64,000 nucleotides of DNA from Hyalangium minutum (GCF_000737315.1 NZ_JMCB01000003.1:1054001-1118000); one strand, 5' to 3'. Shown: positions 1 to 13,073, numbered from the stretch's first letter. Notes: generated by a model from the letters alone, not told the origin. Translations and numbers: made by a program.

Positions 1-267
1 CGCCGGTTCGAGATCGACATGCCGTGGGGAAAGAACAACGTCCAGTTCTTCACCTCCGGCGGCACCGGGTACGCGAACCTGTACGTGAAGTTCGAGCAGG
101 CGCCCACGCTCTACAACTACGACTGCAAGGTCGACGGAATCTCAACCAGTACCAACTGCTCGATGGGCTGGGGCAAGACGGGCCGCTACTACGTCCTCGT
201 CGAAGCGAAGCACACGCCCATCACCGGCATGCGCATCGGCGTGAACTACACGGATTATTACAACTAG
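1..267 (+). CDS. C-terminal part of a secreted peptidase with a PPC (pre-peptidase C-terminal) domain; 5' truncated by window edge
   Basis: Frame open from base 1. FTSGGTGYANLYVKFEQAPTLYNYDC matches the PPC pattern (SGGTGDADLYV..G..PT...YDC). Confidence 0.75.
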   Translation, partial: RRFEIDMPWGKNNVQFFTSGGTGYANLYVKFEQAPTLYNYDCKVDGISTSTNCSMGWGKTGRYYVLVEAKHTPITGMRIGVNYTDYYN

Positions 268-288
268 CCTCCAGAGGGCCCTGCGGGA

Positions 289-313
289 GAGCTCCCCTTC
301 CACAGGGGAGCTC
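289..313. terminator. GC-rich hairpin between convergent genes, likely bidirectional terminator
   Basis: GAGCTCCCCT-tccac-AGGGGAGCTC perfect 10-bp stem between stops at 267 (+) and 330 (-). Confidence 0.6.
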
Positions 314-329
314 CAACCGCACCCGCCGC

Positions 330-659
330 TCACGGTGCGGGGGGAGCGGCATCGCAGATCTTGTACTTCACCGGAAAGAAGCAGCCCTGCCACGGACAGT
401 TCGGAGATGCTGCCTGCTCCTTGTCCCTGGCGATGTGGGTCTGAAGCGTCTCTCCCTGAGAGAGGCAACGGACCTCCGGTTCGACTCCGCCGCAGCAGCC
501 ACAGCCGCAGGCCAGATAGGAATCCCCAGGCACCGGAACGGCCTCTTCCTCTGACAGCTGTTCTTCCTCTGGGAGTTGCTCGGTGTCCTGTCCATCGAGG
601 GGTGTCTCCGAAGCACATCCCACCATCAGGGCCCACAGCATCATGACTCGGATTCGCAT
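330..659 (-). CDS. Small Cys-rich lipoprotein
   Basis: MRIRVMMLWALMVGC lipobox, acidic linker, then CGCGCC...C...CPWQGC...C. Confidence 0.7.
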   Translation of the reverse strand: MRIRVMMLWALMVGCASETPLDGQDTEQLPEEEQLSEEEAVPVPGDSYLACGCGCCGGVEPEVRCLSQGETLQTHIARDKEQAASPNCPWQGCFFPVKYKICDAAPPAP

Positions 660-704
660 CCCCAGAAGATACGCTCCGGGATCACCACCGCATAGTCCCT
701 TCAA

Positions 705-1241
705 TCAAGCCTTGGCGCCGAGTCCAGTCCCCCCTGGATGGTCTCCGTGGGTGTTCCCGCGTCGCGTGCTCAGAAGCAGCAACCCGAAGCCGAGCACGAT
801 GGCGATGTCCGCCACGTTGAAGACGCCCGTGCGCACGGGGCCGATCCCGAGGACCATGAAGTCCACGACGCGCCCATCGTTCACCAGGCGGTCGAACCAG
901 TTGCTCGCACCACCCCCCACGCCCAGGGCGAGTGCCACGACTTGGAGCCGCCCGAGCTGCTGGCTCTTCACGAGGTAGAGCAGCCCGAGGAGGAGGATCA
1001 AGCCCACTCCGATCGTCAGCAGCCCGAACCGAAGGGCGGGGGGCAAGCGGCCGCCAAGGCTCAGGAACGCGCCGGGGTTCTCGGCGAAGACCAGCCGCAG
1101 GATCCCCCCCAGGAAGCTCTGGGCCGGCTCGTCGCGAAGGTGCGAGAGGGCCATCTGCTTCGAGGCCTGATCGCAGCCCACAGTCCCTGCCAGCACCAGC
1201 GAGATGAGGGTGAGCCGATACCCACGAGAGATCGATTCCAT
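705..1241 (-). CDS. lspA: Signal peptidase II (lipoprotein signal peptidase)
   Basis: CDQASK, ENPGAFLS, GGASNWFDRL, VVDF and GVFNVADIAI motifs with both catalytic Asp; four hydrophobic segments. Confidence 0.93.
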   Translation of the reverse strand: MESISRGYRLTLISLVLAGTVGCDQASKQMALSHLRDEPAQSFLGGILRLVFAENPGAFLSLGGRLPPALRFGLLTIGVGLILLLGLLYLVKSQQLGRLQVVALALGVGGGASNWFDRLVNDGRVVDFMVLGIGPVRTGVFNVADIAIVLGFGLLLLSTRRGNTHGDHPGGTGLGAKA

Positions 1242-1286
1242 CCTCTCAGAGTGCCAGACTTCCGCTGCTCCTTCCAGCAACAGTGC

Positions 1287-2537
1287 TCACACGAGCGTCT
1301 TGGGCGGAGTGCTTCCCGCATTGGCGGCTGCTGCCAGGAACTCTGCCTTTTTGGCGCCGTTCGCTGCAAACAAAGCTCGCAGCGAGTCACGAGCCCGATG
1401 TGGATAGTACAAGCCCTCAAAGGTGGAACACAGTCTCTGAGCTATCTCGTCCGTCATGGGATACTGTTGGATGAGCCAGGCGATCAGGCCCGGGTTGCTG
1501 TTGGCCCACTCGAAATTACCCACATACCCATCATTGAAGGCGTGATCTTGCAGTGCCTGGATGAGTCCGTGCTTCTCCAGGTCCGGCAGGTCCAAGGCCG
1601 CCGGGATGCTGTTGTTGATCCGGGTGACAACCCATTGATTTGCCTCGGGAAGCTCCGCTGCCGGAATCAGCCCGTTTCTTAGCAATGCAGCGTAGATGGG
1701 AAGATCTTGGGTGCGGCCTTCAAACAAGTGGCTTCGCCAGAGTTGCCTGATCAGAGAGGCATGCTCTGCCCAGAGCAACACGCGGCTTGGGTATTGTCTC
1801 AACAGCGCCACCAGGAGATTGGCATCCGCAGCCAAAAAGGTGCTCAAGCTGGTGGTCGCGCGACCGTCGTGGAGTTCGAAGACTGCTTCGAAAACAGAGG
1901 CGGCCGCATTGAGGTGCTGCCAGACGGTCGGGCCCTGCCCGATGTGAGACACAACCTCGGACCAAAAATGTGGCAACTCTGCCTGCGGCACGCCCGTGGG
2001 TATCATGGCGACAATCGGCATCATGCTCGCGCCCGGCGGAGTGAGATTGGGGTCGAAGTGACGCTCCAGTCTTTCCAGAATGTCCGCGATGCTGCCGTTG
2101 GGGATGAACTTCCCTGCGTTGGACTGAAGAAAGAGCCAGAATGCCTCGACATGAGCGCTTGCTATTTCGTCATTCTTGAAGTGAGCGCAGTCATTGCGTC
2201 GATCTCTCCAGTACTTGACTTGCTGGCGAAGATCGTCCGAGACATGGAAGATCTCTCTCGGGGAGCGCATCTGCGTGCAGTCGAACGTCTGGCTATCCCA
2301 GGTGTCTTCGTTCTGGAGATCCAGCAATATCTGGTTCCACTGGGCCGGGATGATGCCCGTGGGGCATTTGGCGGATAGAATTCGAAGGCGGACCGTGAGG
2401 CTCCAGCCGAGATAGCTGAAGAGCAAGGCAGCTCGATAGGCTCCCGCCTTGAAGCATCGTGTGGCCTCCTCGAGGGCTACACGCGCCTCTTTGGGCAGGT
2501 TGTTTTCCTGCGTCCACCGCTCAATCGGCAGTTGCAT
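1287..2537 (-). CDS. Hypothetical protein with N-terminal HEPN/DUF4145-like domain
   Basis: LEEATRCFKAGAYRAA helix and RRNDCAH (Rx4H) motif; GAGGAG RBS upstream; visibly lower GC than flanks. Confidence 0.65.
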   Translation of the reverse strand: MQLPIERWTQENNLPKEARVALEEATRCFKAGAYRAALLFSYLGWSLTVRLRILSAKCPTGIIPAQWNQILLDLQNEDTWDSQTFDCTQMRSPREIFHVSDDLRQQVKYWRDRRNDCAHFKNDEIASAHVEAFWLFLQSNAGKFIPNGSIADILERLERHFDPNLTPPGASMMPIVAMIPTGVPQAELPHFWSEVVSHIGQGPTVWQHLNAAASVFEAVFELHDGRATTSLSTFLAADANLLVALLRQYPSRVLLWAEHASLIRQLWRSHLFEGRTQDLPIYAALLRNGLIPAAELPEANQWVVTRINNSIPAALDLPDLEKHGLIQALQDHAFNDGYVGNFEWANSNPGLIAWLIQQYPMTDEIAQRLCSTFEGLYYPHRARDSLRALFAANGAKKAEFLAAAANAGSTPPKTLV

Positions 2538-2727
2538 GACAATCTCCTCTGGCGAAGCAATGGCGGGAGATGCTTATCAGCGAACAGTTCCCGGACGGAA
2601 GGGACGAGAGCCGCTAAAACCTATGTTACTCCGCGTGTGCCTCTCCCCCCCAGAGACGTTGCCTCATCATCATGATCGGCGTTCCTTCGTGCAGTGATGT
2701 CGGTTCCCTCCTCCGCCGGCGAGGCGG

Positions 2728-6222
<3,495 letters not shown>

Positions 6223-6239
6223 CCGCGAGCGAGCCGAGC

Positions 6240-7058
6240 GTGAACACGAAGGACTTCGACATCGAGCTGCGGTTGCTGCTCGATGCCATTTACCTCAAGT
6301 ACCACTACGACTTCCGAGGCTACGCGCTGGCTTCGCTGAAGCGGCGCCTGGTCCAGGCCACGGAGCGCTTTGGGTGCCAGAGCCTGTCCCAGCTCCAGGA
6401 CCAGGTGCTCCACGAGCCCACCGCCTTCCCGCGCCTGCTCGACTTCCTCACCGTGCAGGTGAGCGAGATGTTCCGGGATCCGCAGTACTTCCGCGCCCTA
6501 CGCGAGCGGGTCCTCCCGCACCTGCGCACCTACCCCTCGCTCAAGATCTGGGTGGCCGGGTGCAGCACCGGCGAGGAGGTCTACTCACTGGCCATCCTCC
6601 TGCACGAGGAGGGCCTGCTGGAGCGCACCCTCATCTATGCGACGGACATCAACGTGCACGCGCTCAAGAAGGCCGAGCAGGGCGTGTTCGACGCGGATCG
6701 TGTGCCCCTGTTCACCCGCAACCACCGCGAGTCGGGCGCCTCGAGCTCGCTCTCGGACTACTACACGGCCGCCTACGGGCATGTGGTGTTCGACCCGTCC
6801 TTGAAGAAGCACATCGTCTTCTCGGACCACAGCCTGGCCACCGACAGCGTTTTCGCGGAAGTGCAGCTGCTGTCCTGCCGCAACGTCCTCATCTACTTCA
6901 ACAGCGAGCTGCAGGATCGCGCGGTGGGGCTGTTCGCCGAAGCGCTCTGCCGCAAAGGCTTCCTGGGCCTGGGGTCCAAGGAGTCCCTGCGCTTCACCTC
7001 TCACGAAAGCGCCTTCTTGGATTTCGTCCGGGAAGACCGCATCTACCAGAAGCGATGA
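6240..7058 (+). CDS. cheR: CheR-type protein-glutamate O-methyltransferase
   Basis: GTG start at 6240; SEMFRDP, IWVAGCSTGEEVYS, ATDIN, CRNVLIYF. Confidence 0.95.
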   Translation: MNTKDFDIELRLLLDAIYLKYHYDFRGYALASLKRRLVQATERFGCQSLSQLQDQVLHEPTAFPRLLDFLTVQVSEMFRDPQYFRALRERVLPHLRTYPSLKIWVAGCSTGEEVYSLAILLHEEGLLERTLIYATDINVHALKKAEQGVFDADRVPLFTRNHRESGASSSLSDYYTAAYGHVVFDPSLKKHIVFSDHSLATDSVFAEVQLLSCRNVLIYFNSELQDRAVGLFAEALCRKGFLGLGSKESLRFTSHESAFLDFVREDRIYQKR

Positions 7059-7687
7059 GCCGCTCCATCCCCATCGAGAGCCCCACCGGGCTCAAACCCG
7101 AGAGCCTCCGAGGCCGGATTGACGCCGTGGTGATGGGCGCGTCCGCGGGCGGCGTGGAGGCACTGTCCGTGCTGCTGAGCGCCCTGCCCCACGGCTTCCA
7201 CCCCGCTGTCCTGATCGTCATGCACCTGCCGCGAGACCGGCCGAGCCTCCTGGTGAGCATCTTCCAGCCCAAGTGCCCGCTGGAGGTGAGAGAGGCGCAG
7301 GACAAGGAGCCCGTGCAGCCGGGCACCGTCTCCTTCGCACCACCGGACTACCACCTGCTGGTGGACACGGGGCCCACCCTGGCGCTCTCGGTGGACGAGC
7401 CCGTCCACTACTCACGCCCCTCCATCGACGTGCTCTTCGAGTCTGCCGCGGACGTGTATGGCCCCCGGCTCGCGGCCTTCGTCCTCACGGGGGCCAATGC
7501 GGATGGAGCGCAAGGGCTGGAGGCGGTGCGCGCGGCGGGAGGCGTCACGGTGGTGCAGCAGCCCAGCACCGCTCACTCACCCTTCATGCCTCAGGCGGCG
7601 CTCGCCCGAGGCCCCGCTGACTTCGTGCTCTCCCTGGAGCAGATGACCCACCTGCTGCAGGTGATGGGAGGCGCCCATGCTCTCTGA
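7055..7687 (+). CDS. cheB: CheB methylesterase, catalytic domain only (no receiver)
   Basis: ATGA overlap with cheR; GASAGG, MH, SRPSIDVLF, LTGANADG (Ser-His-Asp triad). Confidence 0.93.
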   Translation: MSRSIPIESPTGLKPESLRGRIDAVVMGASAGGVEALSVLLSALPHGFHPAVLIVMHLPRDRPSLLVSIFQPKCPLEVREAQDKEPVQPGTVSFAPPDYHLLVDTGPTLALSVDEPVHYSRPSIDVLFESAADVYGPRLAAFVLTGANADGAQGLEAVRAAGGVTVVQQPSTAHSPFMPQAALARGPADFVLSLEQMTHLLQVMGGAHAL

Positions 7688-8834
7688 CCCGAACTCCCCC
7701 TCGAAGAAAGCCGTGCCCATGTCCCCACGGGTGAAGTGCCTGCTCGTCGATGATCTGGAAGAGAACCTCCTCGCGCTCTCCGCACTGTTGCACCGGGAGG
7801 ACGTGCAGATCCTCCGAGCGCGCTCGGGGAGCGAAGCCCTCGAGCTGCTGCTCGCGCATGATGTGGCGCTGGCCTTCCTCGACGTGCAGATGCCTGAGAT
7901 GGACGGCTTCGAGCTGGCCGAGCTGATGCGAGGCATGGAGCGCACGCGCAACGTCCCCATCATCTTCGTCACCGCGGGAGCGAGCGATCAGCACCGGGTC
8001 TTCAAGGGCTACGACGCGGGCGCGGTGGACTTCCTCTACAAGCCGCTGGAGCCGCACGTGCTGCGCAACAAGGCGGAGGTCTTCTTCCAGCTCCACCGGC
8101 AGAAGCAGCAGCTGTCCGAGCAGCTCGACGAACTCACGGAGACGCTGCGCCTCAACGAGATGTTCACCGCGGTGCTCGGGCATGATCTGCGCAACCCGCT
8201 GAGCGCCATCATCACGGGGGCGGATCTGCTGCAGCGGCGCACCGAGGACGAGGCCGTGCGCAAGGCTGCCGGGCGCATGCTGGCGAGCGGCAAGCGCATG
8301 GGGCGGATGATCGAGGACGTGCTGGATCTGGCGCGGGCGCGGCTGGCGGGCGGCATTCCGCTGAAGCGGGAGGAGACGGACTTCGGGCAGTTGCTCCACC
8401 GCATCGTCCAGGAGCACCAGGCCGCCTGGCCCGAGCGCCGCATCGAGGTGTCTCAGCAAGGCAACAGCGTGGGCAACTGGGACCCGGACCGGCTGGCGCA
8501 AGTGGCGTCGAACCTCATCGGCAACGCGCTCCAGCACGGCGCCCCCACGGAGCCCATTCACATCCGCCTGGATGGCACGCGCGACGACGCCATCACCTTC
8601 TCCGTCGAGAATGTGGGCGTCATCCCGGACGACATGCAGCAGTCGCTGTTCGATCCCTTCCGCAGCGGGCAGCGCCAGCGTGGACGCAAGGAGGGCCTGG
8701 GGCTCGGCCTCTACATCGTCCAGCAGATCGCCCAGGCGCACCAGGGAGAGGTGACGGTGGAGTCAGGTACCACCCGCTACACGGTGTTCCGCGTGGTGCT
8801 CCCGCGCCGCGGGCAGGACGTCGTCAAGCTCTGA
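7677..8834 (+). CDS. Hybrid response regulator/histidine kinase (REC-HisKA-HATPase)
   Basis: CLLVDD...FLDVQMPEMDG...KP receiver; LGHDLRNPL; NLIGNALQHG; GLGLGL. Confidence 0.93.
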   Translation: MLSDPNSPSKKAVPMSPRVKCLLVDDLEENLLALSALLHREDVQILRARSGSEALELLLAHDVALAFLDVQMPEMDGFELAELMRGMERTRNVPIIFVTAGASDQHRVFKGYDAGAVDFLYKPLEPHVLRNKAEVFFQLHRQKQQLSEQLDELTETLRLNEMFTAVLGHDLRNPLSAIITGADLLQRRTEDEAVRKAAGRMLASGKRMGRMIEDVLDLARARLAGGIPLKREETDFGQLLHRIVQEHQAAWPERRIEVSQQGNSVGNWDPDRLAQVASNLIGNALQHGAPTEPIHIRLDGTRDDAITFSVENVGVIPDDMQQSLFDPFRSGQRQRGRKEGLGLGLYIVQQIAQAHQGEVTVESGTTRYTVFRVVLPRRGQDVVKL

Positions 8835-8969
8835 TCAGACGAGCCCCGCTCGTGGCACGGAGACGAAAGGGGGTACCGCTGCTCGGTTCCCCTGAAACCC
8901 GCCGGAAATTGGCCCGAGGGCAGTGACCGTGGGACTTTAGAAAGCGCTTTCAAGAGGAGCCTGCCAACA

Positions 8970-11015
8970 ATGCTTCGTCCGATCATCATGTCGGCCTGCG
9001 CGTGCCTTCTGCTCGCTGCTTGCAACGACAATCCCAGCACCCCTGACGATCCCCCTAGCGAATCTCCCGTCCCCCGCGGCGCCACCGTTCCCTGGGACGA
9101 GTATGAGGCCGAGGCGGGCGTTGCCTCCGGAGGAGCCACGCTCGAGCAGACCACCACAGGCCCGTGGCTGGAAGGCACGCTCTCTGGCGAGGCCTCGGGC
9201 CGCAAGGCGGTGACACTGCATGGTCCCACCAGCGCAGTCGCGTGGACGAGCCGCGTGAAGGCCAACTCTGTCGTGGTGCGCTACAGCGTGCCGGACGAGA
9301 AAGAGGCCCATCTGGATGTCTATGTGAATGACGCGAAGGTCGCCACGCTCACCGTCAACTCGGATTTCGCCTGGCTCTACACCGGCCCGAACAACACCGA
9401 GACGCACAACGCCTTGCCGCGCCAGCAGGTGGACGAGCTCCCCCAGACCCCGAGCGCCAACGACGTGGGCTTTGGCCTGCAGCTGCCTTGGACCGCCGCG
9501 CACCACATCTATGACGAGGCGCACGTGCTGCTGGCGTCCGACGGCAGGGCCACCATCAACCCGGGCGATGTGGTGAAGCTCGTCTCGCCGGATGCCTCCA
9601 CGGTGCTACCCGTCACCATCGACTTCATGGACCTCGAGCTCGTACCGGAGCCCCTCTCCGCCCCGGCGGGCTACGTCGTCGTGAGTGAGTTCACCGAAGC
9701 AGCGGTGGTGCAGGCCCTTCAGGCCGCCAAGGACGGCGGCAAGCCTGGCATCTTCCTCCCGCCTGGCGATTACGTGATGGCGCACGCGAACCCGGCGGCC
9801 CCCAAGGTCTATGTTCCCGCGGGCCTGACCGTCCAGGGCGCCGGCATGTGGCACACGCGGTTCGTGCCCCCTCCCCCGCAGCAGGTGGGCTACAACTACG
9901 AGTTCGGGTTCCGCCTGAGCGGCGACAACATCACCTTCCAGGACTTCGCCATCTTTGGAACCTGGCGCAACCGGACGGTGCGCTACAACAAGGACGCGGC
10001 CGCCATCGGCAACTGGCCGTGGGACAGCTACGACGGCATCGGGCGCGCCTTCGATCGCTACATGCACAACAACGCGGTCTTCAAGCGGCTCTGGATCGAG
10101 CGGATGATCGTGGGGGGCTGGGTCGAGGGCGGCAACAACATGCTGTGGGCGGACAGCCGGTTCCGCAACACCATCGCGGACGGCATCAACTTCTGCAACG
10201 GAACCACGAACTCGCGGATCGTGAACTGCACGGCGCGAAACACCGGCGACGATGCCTTCGCCATGTGGTCCGCCATCACCTGGGACAAGGCACCCATTGG
10301 AAACACGCCCTGGGTTCACCAGCCCGAGGGCCCCAACCAGGGCAACGTCATTGAGCGCTGCACCGCAGGCCTGATCTGGCGAGCCGCCGGCTTCGCGGTC
10401 TACGGCGGCCACGACAACGTCATCAAAGACTCGGTGGTCTACGACACCCTGCGCTACCCGGGCATTACCGTGGACAACGAGTTCGCGCCCCAACACGAGT
10501 TCTCCGGGCTCACCACCCTTCAGAACCTGACGGTGGAGCGCTGCGGAGGCCGCATGTGGTGGGACGACGACGGGGTACAGGGAGACGAGAACGCGCGGCG
10601 GAAGTATGGCGCGGTGTGGTTGTTTGCTGCCAACCCGTACTCTCCGGCTGAGCCGTACTCCTTCATCCGCTTCCAGGGCATCCGCTTGAAGGACATCGAC
10701 ATCATCGACCCCGCTTACTCCGGCGTCTTGGTTCAGACCACGCAGGGACAGCGGATCGATGACACCGAGTTCGACGGCGTCCGGATTGTCATGGAGCACT
10801 CCGGCGAGGTCGGCCTGGAGGCCAATGACTCGCACAAAGCACCGCCCAGCCCGTTCAACGGGAAGGTCGCCACCACGGGTTCGATCACCCTCAAGAACTC
10901 GAGCATCACCGGCCAGCGGGCCAACCCCGGAAACTTGTTCTCGAAGGACGAGATCTCCACCGGAACGTTCGTGTTCAAGGACGGCGGCGGGAACAGCTGG
11001 ACGGGCGATCGGTAA
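8970..11015 (+). CDS. Lipoprotein, GH87-like alpha-1,3-glucanase/mycodextranase (right-handed beta-helix)
   Basis: LLLAAC lipobox; GATVPWDEYEAE, SGEASGRKAVTL, QGAGMWHT, ADGINF, RNTGDDAFAMWS, WRAAGFAVYGG resemble GH87 catalytic modules. Confidence 0.8.
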   Translation: MLRPIIMSACACLLLAACNDNPSTPDDPPSESPVPRGATVPWDEYEAEAGVASGGATLEQTTTGPWLEGTLSGEASGRKAVTLHGPTSAVAWTSRVKANSVVVRYSVPDEKEAHLDVYVNDAKVATLTVNSDFAWLYTGPNNTETHNALPRQQVDELPQTPSANDVGFGLQLPWTAAHHIYDEAHVLLASDGRATINPGDVVKLVSPDASTVLPVTIDFMDLELVPEPLSAPAGYVVVSEFTEAAVVQALQAAKDGGKPGIFLPPGDYVMAHANPAAPKVYVPAGLTVQGAGMWHTRFVPPPPQQVGYNYEFGFRLSGDNITFQDFAIFGTWRNRTVRYNKDAAAIGNWPWDSYDGIGRAFDRYMHNNAVFKRLWIERMIVGGWVEGGNNMLWADSRFRNTIADGINFCNGTTNSRIVNCTARNTGDDAFAMWSAITWDKAPIGNTPWVHQPEGPNQGNVIERCTAGLIWRAAGFAVYGGHDNVIKDSVVYDTLRYPGITVDNEFAPQHEFSGLTTLQNLTVERCGGRMWWDDDGVQGDENARRKYGAVWLFAANPYSPAEPYSFIRFQGIRLKDIDIIDPAYSGVLVQTTQGQRIDDTEFDGVRIVMEHSGEVGLEANDSHKAPPSPFNGKVATTGSITLKNSSITGQRANPGNLFSKDEISTGTFVFKDGGGNSWTGDR

Positions 11016-11030
11016 CAGTACAGGACATAA

Positions 11031-11065
11031 GGGGACGGCGAGTTCCCCCAAGACTCGCCGTCCCC
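11031..11065. terminator. Hairpin between convergent genes, likely bidirectional terminator
   Basis: GGGGACGGCGAGT...ACTCGCCGTCCCC 13-bp perfect stem between stops at 11015 (+) and 11094 (-). Confidence 0.7.
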
Positions 11066-11093
11066 CACGTCTGCTCGCCGGGTGTTCAGCGGC

Positions 11094-12980
11094 TCACAGG
11101 CAGCGCAGGCAATGGCACACGTTGGCGCTGGTGCAGGACCCGCCGCGGCATCCGCTATCGATGCACTCCTCGATGCACGCCGTCGAATTGCACACGGGCG
11201 CCGGAGCGGTGACGAGGACGCTGACGTTCTGAGTGGCGTCACCGAACCCGCTCACGCCGTTCTGGAGCATCCTCCACTGGAAGTTGTAGGAACCGGTCCA
11301 TGAGGGGGCGGTGATGCTGAAGGTGAAGGTGACCTGCCCGCCCGGGCCGACCGCGTAGGGCAGCGTCACCCGGCTGGTCCCCCAGGTGGTGTTGTCCTGC
11401 GGGTTCTGCGAGCCCAGGAAGTAAGAGCCCGGAGACCAGGTGGTATCCCCCACATTCTTCAGCGTCACCGAGACAGTGGCGGAGGTCCCTCCCTGGATCG
11501 AGCTGGGAACGGACTGGGAGATGAACTGGGCGTTCTGCAACCCCGCCGTGACCGCCACCTGCACCGACGGCGTGGTGTCACCGAACCACTCCACGAACTC
11601 CCTCAACATGCGCCACTGGAACGGATAGGAGCCCGGCGTGGCGGGGGCGGTCACCGTGAAGGTGAAGGTCCCCTGCTGCCCCGGAGCGACGTTGCCCGGC
11701 AGGCTCACCCGGTAGAAGCCCCAGGTGGTGTTGTCCTGAGGGTTCTGCGAGCCGAGCACGTAGCTGTCCGCGGCGGTCCAGGTCGTCGAGCCCGCGTTCA
11801 GCATCGTCACCTGGGCCGAGTACGTGTGGCCCGCGATCATCGTCGTCGGGACCGACTGCGAGACGAACTGCGCGTGGTTGAAGTCCGCGATGAGGCCATG
11901 CCGGGCCAGGATGCGGTCCAGGTCCATGGCGGACTGGCCGCGGCTGATCCAAGCGTTGCGGAAGTCCCAAATGGTCGGCTTCGAGCCAAAGGCGCCAAGC
12001 TCGTTGTCGACGATGGAGAGGATCAGCCAGCCTTGATCCGAGACCCAATCATGGGGCTCGGGGTAGGAATTGGGCTCGGAGCCGGTGTCCAGCAGATCCC
12101 AGAGGGTGACGGACGGGTAGTACTCGATGTCGTCCTGAGGCGTTCCAGGGCAGCCGGTGCCGCTCTCCAGCGATGCAGCGCCCTTCATCACGCCTGGGAA
12201 GGCGCGCGCCACCGCATGGGCGTAGTAGGTGGCGAAGCCCTCCATCCAGGCCAGGCTCGTGGAGGACGGGAGGCAGCGGTAATGCACGGAGGGCTCCCAG
12301 GGCAAGCTGCCGATCTGCTCCTGGACGAAGTGGCCGTACTCGTGGGCGATCGTGAAGTCTTCGAAGGCCCGAGAGGGTTCGACCTGCATGGTGTTCCCCA
12401 CCGGATCGTAGAAGGTCTTGAACATGCTCGTGGTCTGGGCGCTCATCGTGGGCAGGTCGCTGTACGTCTGCGCCATGTACTCCCCCGCGAACCAGCCGAT
12501 GCGAGCGATGTTGAAGTTCTGGGCGGCCACCGCCCAGTCGAAGTGATGGGTGAAATCGAGGACGGCGCTGGAGTCGGTGACCGTCTGCTCGGGCAGCTCG
12601 TTGTACCAGGACTCGCCTACATGGGCGGTGTCATGAGGCCAAACGGTGATGTGAGCATTGGCCGCGTACACGCGAATCTTGTATTTCACGCCGGAGCCCG
12701 CCCAGGGCATGTCGACGTCAATCCAGCCATTGTCATCCGTCCAGACGCGCCGGTCCATGGCCCAATCCCAGATGCCCAGGAACCTGGGCGCATAACGCCA
12801 GATCTCGACCTTGACGTTGTTGACGGGGCGGGTGCTGGTGCTGCCGCTCAAGTCGTGCAGGTAGGTGAAGTGACCTTGGACCCTCTCGGCGTGGGCAGGA
12901 GCACTGACCAGCAGGAGTGCGGCCAGCAATAACAGGGGGGTAACGGCCGACAGCGGCCGCCACGTGATTCGAGCGTTCAT
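11094..12980 (-). CDS. Secreted gluzincin-like metallopeptidase with two NBR1-Ig-like domains and a C-terminal Cys-rich (defensin-like) tail
   Basis: Signal peptide ending APAHA; AHEYGH plus downstream WMEGFA; two repeats AQFVSQSVP...N.G.TTW...LGSQNPQDNTTWG...QWRM; 8-Cys tail. Confidence 0.75.
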   Translation of the reverse strand: MNARITWRPLSAVTPLLLLAALLLVSAPAHAERVQGHFTYLHDLSGSTSTRPVNNVKVEIWRYAPRFLGIWDWAMDRRVWTDDNGWIDVDMPWAGSGVKYKIRVYAANAHITVWPHDTAHVGESWYNELPEQTVTDSSAVLDFTHHFDWAVAAQNFNIARIGWFAGEYMAQTYSDLPTMSAQTTSMFKTFYDPVGNTMQVEPSRAFEDFTIAHEYGHFVQEQIGSLPWEPSVHYRCLPSSTSLAWMEGFATYYAHAVARAFPGVMKGAASLESGTGCPGTPQDDIEYYPSVTLWDLLDTGSEPNSYPEPHDWVSDQGWLILSIVDNELGAFGSKPTIWDFRNAWISRGQSAMDLDRILARHGLIADFNHAQFVSQSVPTTMIAGHTYSAQVTMLNAGSTTWTAADSYVLGSQNPQDNTTWGFYRVSLPGNVAPGQQGTFTFTVTAPATPGSYPFQWRMLREFVEWFGDTTPSVQVAVTAGLQNAQFISQSVPSSIQGGTSATVSVTLKNVGDTTWSPGSYFLGSQNPQDNTTWGTSRVTLPYAVGPGGQVTFTFSITAPSWTGSYNFQWRMLQNGVSGFGDATQNVSVLVTAPAPVCNSTACIEECIDSGCRGGSCTSANVCHCLRCL

Positions 12981-13057
12981 GGGGATGAGCTTTCGTGTTG
13001 AGCGACTTGGAATGAGGAGGGCCTCCATCCGAGGCATCCTCCCGCAGGCCGCCCATC

Positions 13058-13073
13058 AGCACTTGCCGTGCCA
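13058..13073 (-). promoter_or_regulatory. Putative sigma-54 (-24/-12) promoter for the metallopeptidase gene
   Basis: Minus strand reads TGGCACG-GCAA-GTGCT, matching TGGCACG-N4-TTGC with correct GG-N10-GC spacing, about 80 bp upstream of the ATG at 12980. Confidence 0.6.

Noticed and set aside
8852-8868. TGGCACG upstream of the GH87 gene as a sigma-54 promoter
   Set aside because: No GC at the -12 position.
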